Below, piece by piece: positions 48,421 through 61,629 of a DNA stretch of 64,000 nucleotides. A program made the translations under genes and the position numbers. Source of the DNA: Eledone cirrhosa (lineage: Eukaryota); the NCBI GenBank assembly GCA_964016885.1, contig OZ024740.1, positions 51,398,001-51,462,000 of the forward strand, in the 5' to 3' direction. Positions within the stretch are counted from its first letter, which is position 1. Every line of letters begins with the position of its first letter. The notes below the pieces were generated by a model. That model saw only the letters and a list, made by a program, of their open reading frames with translations. It did not search any database and was not told where the DNA came from.

Positions 48421-51400
48421 GAATTCTTGACCTATTGAACCCCACTTCCCACTTCACCACCACACCTTCATAAAGAACATATATATATAAAAAGAAATTT
48501 TGACAGAAAACTCACGTATATTGGATCTGCTCACAGAATACATGAAAAAACATTTAAAAAAAATTTAATATTTAATAGGTAATATTTGATAACATTGTAA
48601 TACCAATCAAAAGCAGTTATATTTAATGCAATTATAAAATTATTCATTCTGTCAGATGAAAGAATAAATAATCTTTAAATATACTTCTGTGCATTTTCAC
48701 CTTCACTTTTTAACTATAACCTTTGTTTTGTATAGAACTTTACACTCTTTTCCAACCACACACACATACATATATATATATATACTAGTTGATCAGTGTC
48801 AGCAATAGTGTTGATTGTATTTACCTTTTTCATTCCAGGATTGGTCTGCCATGTATACCAGGTTACTGAATATATGAACAATCATACAAACTTGGAAATT
48901 TGCCTTTTACTTAATTAATTAATGGGTTGTATAAGATAAGCCCTATAGTTTATGTTGATTACTGACATGTGGAAATAATTAAAGATAAGAATGTTATTTT
49001 GATAATTTATTTTTAGCATTTATTTATACAAATGTTCAGCATATATGTACAAATTGCATACAGGATTAAATGTATGAGTAACTTTGAAGAATTATCTATT
49101 TACAATGACAAATGTAGGGTAGAACTCAGGGCCTTGTGATTCGAAGGCGACCTTCTATTTGTAGTTACATGACTGAGATAGGAGATATATTCTGTGTATG
49201 TGTGTGCATATGTAATTTTTAATGACTTACAGATGGATATCTATATATACATACAAACTCAAGCAATGTATTATTATGGTTGATACTAAGTAGAAAAGTG
49301 GCAGTGACTTCAGTTTCAGCTTAATTGCTTCACCTGGCAACCAAATAACCTATTAAGATGAAACTTCAAAGTTGCTGCCACTTTTTTTACTTAGAAAATG
49401 AATTTCTACACCTTAGCCATTGAGTACTGAGTGCTCATTCAGTTAATGTTTGGATGTTTTAGATACTATCATAATTTAACCCTTTAACATTTAAACTGGC
49501 CGTATCTGGCCAGAATTATCTCACCTCTTTCTGTTCAAACCGGCTGCTCATATGTATGTTAAGGAATTGTTCACAAAATAAATAACAACAAAATGTTATA
49601 GATTCAATATTATGTGAGATAATTAAGTGAGATAAAGCCTTTACTGTGAAAATATAATAGTATATATAGAATAATGTAAAAAAGGTTAAAGACATATTCA
49701 TGAATAAATAAACACACACACATAGAAGTTAGTTCCACAACAGTTAATTAACCATTTTCAAAGACATATGTTTCACCTTGCAGATCTTCAAACTCGACTG
49801 CCATACTTGTCCCAGTGTACACATATATATGCATGTATATATATATACATATATATAATGCATACATATATTTTTTAACAAAATATTCAATCATGAACTC
49901 CTCACTCAATCATCTTCATGAAGTCCCAAGCAAAGACTATAGGGGCTCACAGTAACATATTTTCATCCTAAATATACCAATACTGCATCCCATTATGCAT
50001 TGAGTATTATTTTGATTAGTAGTCTTTCTAAGCTCAGCACCACAGACAATCCATATATATATATACATATATATACATACATACACATATATATATAATG
50101 TGTGTTTGTGTATATGTCCTTGTCTGTCTTTATTTTTACTCTTTGTTTATGTCCATTTGGTTTGACAAATATAGATTGATAGAATGAATACCAGACATGA
50201 AAAATGTGTATTGAGGTGTCATTACAACAGATTAAATCTCTTAAAGGTTGTTCTCCAGCATGGCTGCAGTCTAATAACTGAAACTAAACATTTGTGTAAT
50301 GGGATCAGAGCCGAAGATATGTGATTATGAAATGAACTTCTTAATCACATCATGATACATGCATTCATGATGACATAAGGAAGAGAACAGATGCATCAAA
50401 TGGATTTAACTCTCAACATCCTGTACTACAGGAAACTGCATGAGCAAAACAGTCTTGAAAAGTACAAAACAACACTATGGTTGCATCACATTTAAGATTT
50501 AAGTCTTTACTTTAGTTTATTGTGAATTTTCACACTGATTTGTCCACTAGTAAAGATACTGCAAACATTTGAATTAACACACCAATTTTTAGTCCTGCTA
50601 AATCATTTCAGGATGTTAAGAGTTAAAGGAATTCAGAGGTGCTGAGATTGTTGTAAAATAAAGATAAAAACATGGATTACATTGACCATAAGTCACCTTA
50701 TAAAACTTTGTTTGTATCCATATTCATCATCTTCATCATGGGGCCCAAGTTTGTCAATCTCCTCATGTGGGCCCTGGAAACTGATCTCTAATTTCGATCA
50801 GGCAAACAACCACAACCTAAAACCAACTAATACACAAGAAGATGAAGAAGATCTTCATCAACACCATCGTCCTTTTTATGTCCATTTTTACCATGCTGGA
50901 ATGGGTTGGGTGAAACTCTGAGACAGTATTTCATGGTCAGATTTTCTTCCTGATGACAACCCCTATTTTTCTTAAGTATAATATCCGTCTTCATACAAAT
51001 GGCTGGACTATGAAACAAACAAATATCAGCACCTGCCCAAGCCAAGATGCACACATATATACACACATACACACACTGACAAATACACACACACACAAAT
51101 ATACACACAAGCACACAAATACATATACACACACACAAATACATATACACACACACAAATACACACAAATGCACACAAATACACACACGTGCACAAACAC
51201 ATATACATAAAATATACAAGGGATTCCATTGAGTTTCCATCTACCAAGTTCACTGAGGCAGAAGTCTTTTCCAGATTGAACCTGAACCTTGTAATTACAA
51301 AGTACATTTTTAACCACACAGCCATACCTACACACATTATTCTTATCCATATTATAGACAAATAATTTATAAGCTGCCATTTCTTTAAAAAATAGTAAAA

Positions 51401-52174
51401 CTGTTTTTAATTGCCAAGTTAAGCAGTTTATTGATTTAAAACCCCTGAGATAGTTTTGTTTTCTTTTCTTTTTATTAAAATTAACAGTTTGGCTACTATT
51501 TTTAATTACTTGGTTACCTTCACTAGCTAACACAAGCAATATATGTCCTTTCAGAATCCCTGAGAATAGCCATTTCAAGATTTGCATTTTTTCATTTCCT
51601 TTTTTATTATAAAGAAATTTTGAAATTCTTTATATATATATATAATTTTGAGTATGTATTGGTTGTTTACCAACACTTCAGTATGCAGGTTGGAGCTCAA
51701 CGAAGCTAATTTTACCCTGTTGACTTACACTTCTTGTTTATATATATATATATATATACACATATAGCGTACCGTCGCCATTTGAAGTCTCGGTATTTGC
51801 GGTCCCAGTTAGTTGCAGATTTTTGTATCTAACTAATAATTGTTCGTAGAAACCACCGCACATTTGCAGAATCGTAAATATCTTCCGCAATTTTTTACGG
51901 CTTTTTTCCTGGCAATATATATTTTTTCACACTTTTTAATGCTAAATTATTAATAATAATATACCATATTTGCCAGCCTATATTTTACATTATGTTTTGC
52001 CGTTTATAGGCATTTTTATGGACCACGTTCAATATTCACGGTTTTTCACTCTTCGCGGGTGCTCTAGGAGCATAACCCCTGCGATTACCGGGAAACAACT
52101 ATATATATATATATATTATTTCATTTTTTTATTTTATATATATATATTTTATTTTATTTTTTTATTTTATATAT

Positions 52175-52426
52175 CATCATCATCATCATCATCATCATCG
52201 TTTAACGTCCATGTTCCACGCTTGCATGGGTTTGGACGGGAGTTTTCCCACTTGAGGCAAGAGTGGTTGTCTTGCTCGCATAGGACTGTCTGGCGGGTTT
52301 TCTACAGCTGGATGCCCTTCCTAACACCAACCACATTTATAGTGTAGGACTGGGAGGTTTTTACCGTGTTGCCTACACGGCCACATTACAGCGTGGACTG
52401 TGTGTTTTTTTGTTGTGACACCTACA
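52175..52426 (-). mobile_element. Short RTE-A 3' UTR copy
   Basis: Matches 36960-37212 and 45827-46076. Confidence 0.9.
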
Positions 52427-52689
52427 TATATATATTTTTTATATATATATATTTAATATAATTTTTCTAATTTCATTTCAGTTTATTAAAGAAATATGCT
52501 GTTTGCTAAATGAAATGCTTCTAGTGTACATTGATAACATTTGGTATTTGTTTGATGAGATTTCTTTCACATGCATTTTATTTAAAGGTGATTTTCAACT
52601 TATTGTTGTAAATCTATTAAGAACAATTAGTAGTTTAATCATTCTGTGTGTTCATGTTTACCATGTCACCTATTTGGTCTACTCATATT

Positions 52690-52979
52690 CAGGGGCAGTG
52701 GAAGCATTTCTGAATCGGGGGGGGGGGGGGGGGGGGCAAATTTGGTCAGTTTATTTGTAGTGGTTAGTTTAGTTGTTATCAAATATCAACCAAGATATAA
52801 AAATAACTTTGATATGTGATAAACATAACTGTTTCTACTTTAGGCACAAGGCCAGCAATTACCCAGTGCATTAATGGTACTGTAGCGCATATACAAATAG
52901 ATATGCGTTTTGGTAGTTTGGGGAGAAAAATATAATTATTGGAGGGGCCATGCCCCCTCCCCCCGTTCCACCGCCCCTG
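52690..52979. mobile_element. hAT-like MITE containing a SINE tail
   Basis: CAGGGGCAGTGGAA...TTCCACCGCCCCTG termini, flanked by ATATT on both sides. Confidence 0.6.
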
Positions 52980-53603
52980 ATATTTGTTAACAGTCTGTGG
53001 GTAAGTCATTAATGAAATCAATTTCTCAAGAGTTCACTACAAACCAAGTATCCCCCCTCCCCAGCTTTACAACCAATTTCCCATGTAGCATGGGAGGCAA
53101 TAGTTTCAAAACATTAAAATGTCCTTTCCTACTGCCAATTACTCAACTGTTATAAAAAAAAAAAGAGTGAAACAAACTTGTCCTGAAAGTACAATAAAAT
53201 AGCTTCATGTAAGCAGTATAATAATAATAATAATAAAATTATTGTGTACAGTACTCAGGTGCACTACAACTCATCTACTCCAATATATTATACATGGACA
53301 ATAAATAGAGTTAGTTAACATTTTGTAATTGGAGTTATCTGGTTAGCACTATTGATTTGAAGGTACAGAAATGAGAGAGGCAATGTTTATGTCTTTACCT
53401 AAGATATTAATAACAAATAAAGAAGTACAACAAGAATGTGTGCAGTGTTTTTTTTTCTCAGATCTATGTTATATATTTTTTTTTTCATTGATTGTTCTCT
53501 TCATAATCAGCATCATCAGCAGTATCATTATCATCAGTTTTTTTGTTGCTTGTCAAATTCACAATTCAGCAACTTTCTATACATCTCAGTTCGGCATTTT
53601 TCT

Positions 53604-53990
53604 ATTGGCAGTATCGGTAGAGGGTCGGGCACCATGCTTTGACGCATAGAGTTACGGCCCTTGCCATTCTGAGTTCAAATCCCGCCAAGGTTAACTTTGC
53701 CTTTCATCCTTACAGGGTCGATAAAATAAAGTACCACTAATACACTGGAATAATTGTTGGCCTTGTGCCAATAGTAGAAACAATTATTCTTTTGTAGGTG
53801 GTGGATTGGCAATATCGGTAGAGGGTCAGACACCATGCTTTGCAGCAAAGAGTTACGGCTCTTCATGGTCTGAGTTCAAATACCGTCAAGGTTAACTTTG
53901 CCTTTCATCCTTACGGGGTCGATAAAATAAAGTACCAGTAATGCACTGGGATAATTGCTGGCCTTGTGCCAAAAGTAGAAACAATTATTC
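53604..53990 (+). mobile_element. Two tandem Nin-like SINEs
   Basis: Two ~185-bp copies, each followed by ATTATTCTTTT. Confidence 0.87.
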
Positions 53991-54246
53991 TTTTTTACAG
54001 GCCCAATATTTTCAGAAGTACATTGCTACAAGTGATTCTTTCCAAGGTAGTCGTTGATCTTCTTCTGCTGTGTTGAGTGCCGGTAGACTTGATGATTATG
54101 AATAAGCCTGTTTTTGTCTTTGTTTTGTTTTTCTGTATTGCATGAGTATTTGGGTGGGTTTTTAAAGATTTGTTGTTCACTGTATCATCAATTTCTATGA
54201 CAGTGCCAGCAAAGTCACATATATATATGTGTGTATGTATATCCTC

Positions 54247-54282
54247 CTCATCATCATCATCATCACCACCACCACCACCACC

Positions 54283-54327
<45 letters not shown>

Positions 54328-54381
54328 GTCATCATCCATCAACATCATCATCATCATCATCATCATCATTATCATCATTAT
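54247..54381. repeat. Compound (CAT)n/(CAC)n microsatellite
   Basis: Directly visible; a (CA)n tract follows at ~54550-54607. Confidence 0.95.
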
Positions 54382-54561
54382 TTGATTTCTATTTTTCCGT
54401 GTGTATATAGGTGGATTCCTGACATATATTGAGAGGTGACCACATTTAAAAAAGTACTCAATACGTTAGAAGAGTAAAGGCATCTGATGATTTCTTATGA
54501 ATGAAACAGTTCTAGTCCTGTAGAAGTAATTTCTATAATAAAATGAATACACGCGCACACA

Positions 54562-54614
<53 letters not shown>

Positions 54615-54629
54615 TACTGTACATTTCTA

Positions 54630-55616
54630 TTATATGTTTGTAATTCTAATAAGTGCTGCTGGACGTAAATTTTGCTTTTTAAGAAACATATTTGTTTTCT
54701 TCAGATGAAACATATCACGGTAGGCTTTATGAAAAGCCTTGTTCAAAAAGACATAGGTTACAGGGTTACTTATGGAGGTTGTAAGTCCCAACAATGTGAA
54801 TCCTTTTCCAAATGTCAGGAGAATATCGTTGTTAAACCATAACATTTGGATTAAAACAACTGTGTAAAATGGCATCCATAACAAGCAGAAGAGGCATACT
54901 ACTATTCCGTATAAAAGAAGTGACCTTGAATTTTTTATTTTTTTTCTAGTTAGTCCTGGAAGAATAACATTAGCATCAGGTTTCATAATGACTTTCTGCA
55001 GTCTCTTTGCAATAGAAAATACTTTTAAATAAAGAATTATAACAACTATACTGACGAAAAAAAACTGCACGACTAAAATAAACATATAACCAACAGGAAA
55101 AACAATGTTTAGGTGGCAGGGTTTGTGTTCATCCCAGTAATTCCAATAGAATGGCACAAACCCAAGAACAGAGCTATAAAGCCAAAGTAATCCAGATATG
55201 ATGAAAACTTTTTTGGTTGACATTAGAGAACTATAATGGAGTGGGTGCACCACAGATAAATACCGATCCAATGTGATTGCCAACACATGCGTTTGTGATG
55301 TACTGCAAGGAAGCAAGAAGGAAATGTATCGCCAGAGGCATGCAAATTTATTCTTTGATAAAAATGGATGTACGTAGGAAACTGTATGATAAGGCAGAGA
55401 TAAGGCCATGATAATATCAGTTAATGCCAGTGTTAAAACAAAGTGGTTTGTAGGAGTACGCAGACGTTGATATCTTATAATGGCTACAACCACAGTTCCA
55501 TTTCCAAATAATATAACAACCATGATCAATATAGAAAAGGCAGCCATTGTGTCTTGTCTTTCCCATATTGTAGTAGTCTCAACAGTCTCATTGCTATTAG
55601 GAATATTAGGTAACAT
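54630..55616 (-). CDS. Class A (rhodopsin-like) GPCR, intronless CDS, 328 aa, ligand unknown
   Basis: Seven hydrophobic segments with GN (TM1), LA..D (TM2), DRY (TM3), W (TM4), W.PF (TM6) and NPVTY (TM7); N-terminal sequon NET; upstream acceptor at 55740. Confidence 0.95.
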   Translation of the reverse strand: MLPNIPNSNETVETTTIWERQDTMAAFSILIMVVILFGNGTVVVAIIRYQRLRTPTNHFVLTLALTDIIMALSLPYHTVSYVHPFLSKNKFACLWRYISFLLPCSTSQTHVLAITLDRYLSVVHPLHYSSLMSTKKVFIISGLLWLYSSVLGFVPFYWNYWDEHKPCHLNIVFPVGYMFILVVQFFFVSIVVIILYLKVFSIAKRLQKVIMKPDANVILPGLTRKKIKNSRSLLLYGIVVCLFCLLWMPFYTVVLIQMLWFNNDILLTFGKGFTLLGLTTSISNPVTYVFLNKAFHKAYRDMFHLKKTNMFLKKQNLRPAALIRITNI

Positions 55617-56015
55617 TTTCAGTAAAGAAAAATATATTTACAGGTATTCAAAATATCTGTTGCTTTCTATCTTAATTGGCAAGTTTTTCTGTATGTTTTC
55701 TTGCTTTAAAATCCCATTGGCATGCATTGATCTTTCTGTCTGAAATAAAAGAAAAAAAAAGATAGAAAATGAAATTACTTCAGAAATAATTACATTAATA
55801 TAAGTTAGCAGTATTTTTTCTAACAAATAGATATATTTTGAAGATCATTGGTCTTTTGTTATTTGTTAGTTCTTACTTGAGTCATTAGAGCACAGGATTA
55901 TATCCCTTGGTATTTATTTCAATTCACTGAGCTCTGAGTTCAAATCACATCAAAATCAACTTTACCTTTCATCCTTTTGAAGTAAAAAATAAAATACTAG
56001 TCCAGTACTGGGGTC

Positions 56016-56018
<3 letters not shown>

Positions 56019-56076
<58 letters not shown>
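56019..56076. repeat. (CT)n microsatellite
   Basis: Directly visible. Confidence 0.95.
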
Positions 56077-56078
<2 letters not shown>

Positions 56079-57342
56079 TCTCTGGAAGAATTGGTTGTGT
56101 TCTAACCTGGAGAAAAATGAGCTCCACCAGTTTAAAATATCAAAACAGTGCCTCTATGAATCCATCAAAAGTTAAGACACCTTTTCAATTTCTTTATTTC
56201 TTATTTAATCTAGGAAAGCAATAGAATAGTGTAAAATTCACATATGATTGCTGGCCAATTAAAGGTTAAACAGGGTGCTCCTGTACTCAGGTCATTAACC
56301 CTGGCCAACAGCACCAAGACAGAATTTGAACTCAGAAAACAAAGAGCCACAACAGATACCACAAGGCTCTGATAATTCCACCATTCCATCACCCTGGACT
56401 GTTACTTTATTTATCAACTCTGAAAAGATGAAAAGTGAAGTTGATCTCATTCTATCACTGTTCTAATAACTGCCAATTTACATTTAGCCACCTACTAAAA
56501 TAATGATGATTACCTTAAAACATCTGGCTGGATAATACTTACCAATCCCACTTTATCTCAGAAATGTTAAAGGATTGGCAATAGAAAAGAAGTGTTAACC
56601 CTTTAAAAATTTATATACAGTGGAAAATAACAGTTTTGTATCATAGAATCTGGAGGAGTCTCAAGTGGTTTGTTTATGAGACAGTTGTTGTAGAAAGTAA
56701 AATTGTTCCAAGTTAGCATGAAAATATGACTCATGTGACATAAGCTAGTATGAAAAATGTTTCTCTGAATTCTAAATAACAAAAAATCAACACAAATAAA
56801 TATTAATTTAACTTGATAATTTTAAGTGAAAGAAGATGTGAAAATATTGTTTGTTTGCTTTTGTCACTTTGTTGCATGAGAGCATGTGTGTGAGTGTGTG
56901 TGCGTGAGAGAGAGAGAGAAAGAGAGTATGGAGACATTTGTCCCTTGTAGTCGTTGTTATTTATTAACCCCGAGTCATTCCTGACTAAGCAAGGCCTATG
57001 ATCAAAAGCATTCTAGTTATGATCATTCCATCATTTCCATTGGGCATTGCATTCACAGCCTTATCCTGCTGAAAGCACCACTTCTCATCCAATCATTGAA
57101 GTTAAGCAATATTGAGACTAGTTAGTACTTAGATAAGTAGCCATTTGGGAAATATCGGTGCTGTAAGAATGTTTTTATGGGTAGATGTGAACATTAAAAG
57201 TTGTAGAAAAGGCAGCCCATTGTTGCTCAATGGTTTTGTGCCTTATATTTTAAAAAAATGTGAATTGGCACCAGGAAAGGCATACGACCATAGAATTCTG
57301 CCTTCAAATCCATACAAGCATAGAAAAATAGACATAAAACTG

Positions 57343-57677
57343 ATGATGATGGCGACAACAACGATAATGATTACAGCAATGATGATAACGACAATGATGA
57401 TGGCGACAACAACGATAATGATTACAGCAATGATGATAACGACAATGATGATGGCGACAACAACGATAATGATTACAGCAATGATGATAACGACAATGAT
57501 GATGGCGACAACAACGATAATGATTACAGCAATGATGATAACGACAATGATGATGGCGACAACAACGATAATGATTACAGCAATGATGATAACGACAATG
57601 ATGATGGCGACAACAACGATAATGATTACAGCAATGATGATAACGACAATGATGACGACGAGGATGACGATGATGAT
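57343..57677. repeat. 51-bp minisatellite, 6 identical units
   Basis: GGCGACAACAACG recurs at 57351, 57402, 57453, 57504, 57555 and 57606. Confidence 0.95.
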
Positions 57678-59187
57678 ATTTCTAGTCTGAAGCATTTTTA
57701 TTTTTAGTATAGGATTTCAGCTGGACCTTGGCATTGTGGTTAAGAGCATTGAAGCTCTGTATTAGAAAGAAATGTTATTCGATCAAACTCACTCTAGGGT
57801 CACTTATATCAGTAGCATTGGAAAAAACCTGAAGACGGAGGATGATCAAAGGATGAATGGTCTGATTTGGAACATAAAGATGGAAGCATAAAATATTAAG
57901 TAAATAGTCTGAAAATGTTGACTCTTTTGATGCCAATCTGCTCAAAATTGGTTCTAATTCTATGAAACAAAATGACCTATTTTAAAGGGTTCCTATTTAA
58001 ATTTAATGTAATTTAATTTTATGTAAGAAACATATATTAAGTTACTATCTTAGTAATGAAATAATAATAATATTAGTAAATCTGCCAAAATTCTTTATTA
58101 ATTAATTAAAATTGAGTTCATTTCATAAGAAATATGATCATGAAAGGGTTAAACTACCCTAGCAATAATTCTATTGTAGAATTATTAGCATGCTGGTGAA
58201 AATGCCATACAGTATTTGTATTCTCCTCTGAATTCAAATCCTGCCAAGGTCAATAAAATAAAGTAACAGCCAAATACTGAGGGTCGATTATATCCCTCCC
58301 CTCCAAAAATAAAAATGCTTTGCCTTCTGTATAAATTAGAAACCATTATTGTTGAAATATTTTAGGAAATGTTGAATAATTTGCATTATTTTTTTAATTT
58401 ACTTACTGTTTTGATTATAGCCATCAGTCATGTTGTTTTGTTAGTCAGCCTTTCCCAGTTGTTGCTTCATTTAAAACAGCCAGTTTTCACCTGATTAAAC
58501 CAGTAATGAGTTAATTTATATACACCCACTGTCTTTTCTTGTCTCCTTCATAACAAATGCCTAAAACCTAGGGGTAATTATATTGCTGAGGGTTATATTA
58601 TTAAGTTTGTCTTCGCCTTTTAAAAAAAAATTTTTTTTATACTACTTGTAACCGGTAACTCACATTATCAGCCCAACCATTTCAATAAAATTTAGTTGTA
58701 TAGATGTGTCGACAATTTGCTGAGAAGTAGATAATGTTAATCTATAATCAAATCAGGTATATACGTGACATCGAGTTATTTTTTTTATTTTTTCCGTAAG
58801 GTAGAACTGAAGGTTTGAAGAATTAATTAACATAATTCAGTTGTTATCAGGAAAAAGCTGTGCTGCTTTCAAGACTTTGCAAACGTCACAAATTCTGTTA
58901 TATGACTAGAAAAGAAGTAAATAGGATGAGATTTTACAAAATTACTATGATATGGAATATGTAATGTCAAAGGTTACATAGATATGAAGAGGGGAGAAAC
59001 TTCAAAATAAAAAAAACAACAAAAAACATTTTGATTAACTGCATGAATTGCTATATGTTGTTACTATTTGGTGATGATGATGATGATATTGTTGTTGTTA
59101 CTACTGCTGGCTTGCCCTACCAAGCTCTGGTCAAGCTGACCTGTAACAAAGGAGATGTTGGTAATTAAATGTCTCATAATAAAAATA

Positions 59188-59365
59188 ATTGTTTCTATTT
59201 TTGGCACAAGGCCAGCAATTATCAGTGTATTACTGGTACTTTATTTTATCGACCCCGTAAGGATGAAAGGCAAAGTTAACCTCAGCGGGATTTGAACTTA
59301 GATCATAAAGGGCCGTAACTCTTTGCTACAAAGCATGGCGTCAGACCCTCTACCGATACTGCTAT
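59188..59365 (-). mobile_element. Nin-like SINE
   Basis: Reverse complement of the 18286 family. Confidence 0.85.
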
Positions 59366-60482
59366 GACCCACAAATACACTAAGTCATCTAGGGTCTAGA
59401 TTTTGACCCCTTTTCCCTAATCATGCTACATCATTGGTGCTCTTTCTTGCTCAATATCTAGAAAGGAAATAGATACAAACTTATTTCTGTGCACTTTGGT
59501 GCAAACAAAAAAGATCATAACTAGAAGTTTCAGTGGAATTCCTGGTAGACTTACAAGGAGCCACAGGTTTTTACATACCAGCTGTACAAGAGTAGTTAGT
59601 AAAAATAGTACTGATGAAACAAAATTCATGAATTATTCAGATTGCTTACTAGGAGTAATGGCTAACTTTTGCTACTTAGCTGGCCTAATTAGTGTTGGAG
59701 GAGGGGGGGGGGGGTAATGGGGGAAATGTATAGTAGCTGGAGCAAGAGAAAAAGGGGAGAAGGTGAAAGAACTTGTGTATGTGTAAGAAATATAATGTTG
59801 CATGACAATAAGACATGAATATTGATTATCTTTTTCATTGCCATATTTCTGATGAAATACACTGCCAAAATACTTCAATCAATTTTGAAAATAACCAAAT
59901 ATTTGTCCCACGACGCTCTCAGGAATAAGTGGGTGAAGAAAAAAGAAGACCAAGTATTTGGAGGAATTTAATAAAATAACTAACCTTTTCATTACTAAGC
60001 CGATATTTAGATCATTACTTAACAAAAATGTCTAAAATATAATTATTATGGAAGGTTTATATATATATAAGGAAAAGCATTTCAAAATGAGCAGTTTTGT
60101 ATCATAGAACCAGGGGCAGTGCCATGCAGTTTGGTATCAAGGGAATTAAGCAAGTTCTGCAGAGGCTAGAAATAAATAAATGGTGTATGATCTGTTGAAT
60201 GTGCAAGATTAACCTTCCTGAAAGGTGACGAACAAATAAGATAAAGGAATGGCTAGACATTAAAAGCATCAGCCCATGTATGCAGGAAATGCAGCTGTAC
60301 CGGTATGGTTATACGTGGAAAATGGGTAACGAATGCTGGGTGAAAAAAATAGGCATCTACATGTACATGAGGCCACTGATCATGTATATAATAATACATA
60401 TTATAATGAATATGTAATATTCTCTGCTTTGTACGGGACACTTTTTCCTCATGTTTGTAAACCCAAATGTATGGATAGATAT

Positions 60483-60514
<32 letters not shown>

Positions 60515-61593
60515 TATCCTCATCATTTTCTTCTGCTTATCCCTGCTTGCAAGGGTGGGGATGGGTCGTCTGCATCTCTCCATTTGCCATGTTCATTTGT
60601 CACCTCCTCTGTGAGCATCAGCTCTCACTACCGCCGCTCATGTTTTTTGTGGTCTTCCTCTATTGCGTCTTCCTTCCCTGGGATTACTTGTCAGATGTAC
60701 ATGTGTGTTGTGTGTGTTTCTATATGTATGTACATATATATATTTATATTTATATATTAGGTATAAACCGAAGTTGTAGCTGCCGCATAGCATATATATA
60801 TATATACAAATCTTATACTAGACCTGCAGCATACGATATGATCTGACCTACTCCCATCCACCCCCTCCACTAGCATTCACTAATAGTTATTCTCAACATC
60901 ACTACTTCAACCCCGCTGGGAAACCCTACCGCCCACATTCCTACCAGCTACTCTCATATGAAATGGTTGGTGATAGGAAGAGTATCCAGCCGTAGAAAGC
61001 CTGCTAGACAAAAGGTCAAGAGGACCCTTCAGTCGTGTCAAGAACATGACAACCTCCCTAGTGTTGGTGATCTACACGATAAACACATCCAGTACACTGT
61101 AAAGTGGTTGATGATAAGAAGGGCATCCAGCCATAGAAATCTTGCTGAACAAAGGGTTGGGAGGACCCTTAGTTGTGTCAAAGACATGGCAACCTACCCT
61201 ATGCATTCAATGGAATGTGAGACTGTACATAAGCCAGACACAGGTCTCTGGCTTGTCTGAGAGATCAGTGGCCCTGCTTCGGTGCTGAGTTGGTCAGTGT
61301 GGACCCATCCAACCCTTGCTAGCATATCATTGGGGTAGTAATGTTTGAGTACCCTTTATTCATTTAGTGTTTAGTTAAACTATTTGTATGAAACCTGCTA
61401 AATAGGTACAACTCCATCATCACCACCACCACCACCACAACCATTGCATAATATACAGGGTGGTACAAAAGTTATGCACCCACCATCCTAATCATGAGAA
61501 AAGCTGCTTACATAAGAGACAATAATCTTTCATGGCAAAGTGCAAAGTGTCAAAATGTTATTATACTTGTGCACGACTTTTATGCCAATCTGT

Positions 61594-61624
<31 letters not shown>

Positions 61625-61629
<5 letters not shown>

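Noticed and set aside
50827-51587. CV/HT-rich ORFs
   Set aside because: Translations of a degenerate (CA)n tract.
54478-54525. CTGATGA...GAAAC...GTC hammerhead-like motif
   Set aside because: Stem II is weak and stem I cannot form; at best a decayed remnant.
57145-57695. 181-aa and 150-aa repetitive ORFs; CRISPR-like periodicity
   Set aside because: Artefacts of the 51-bp tandem repeat; units are identical with no spacers, and the DNA is eukaryotic.
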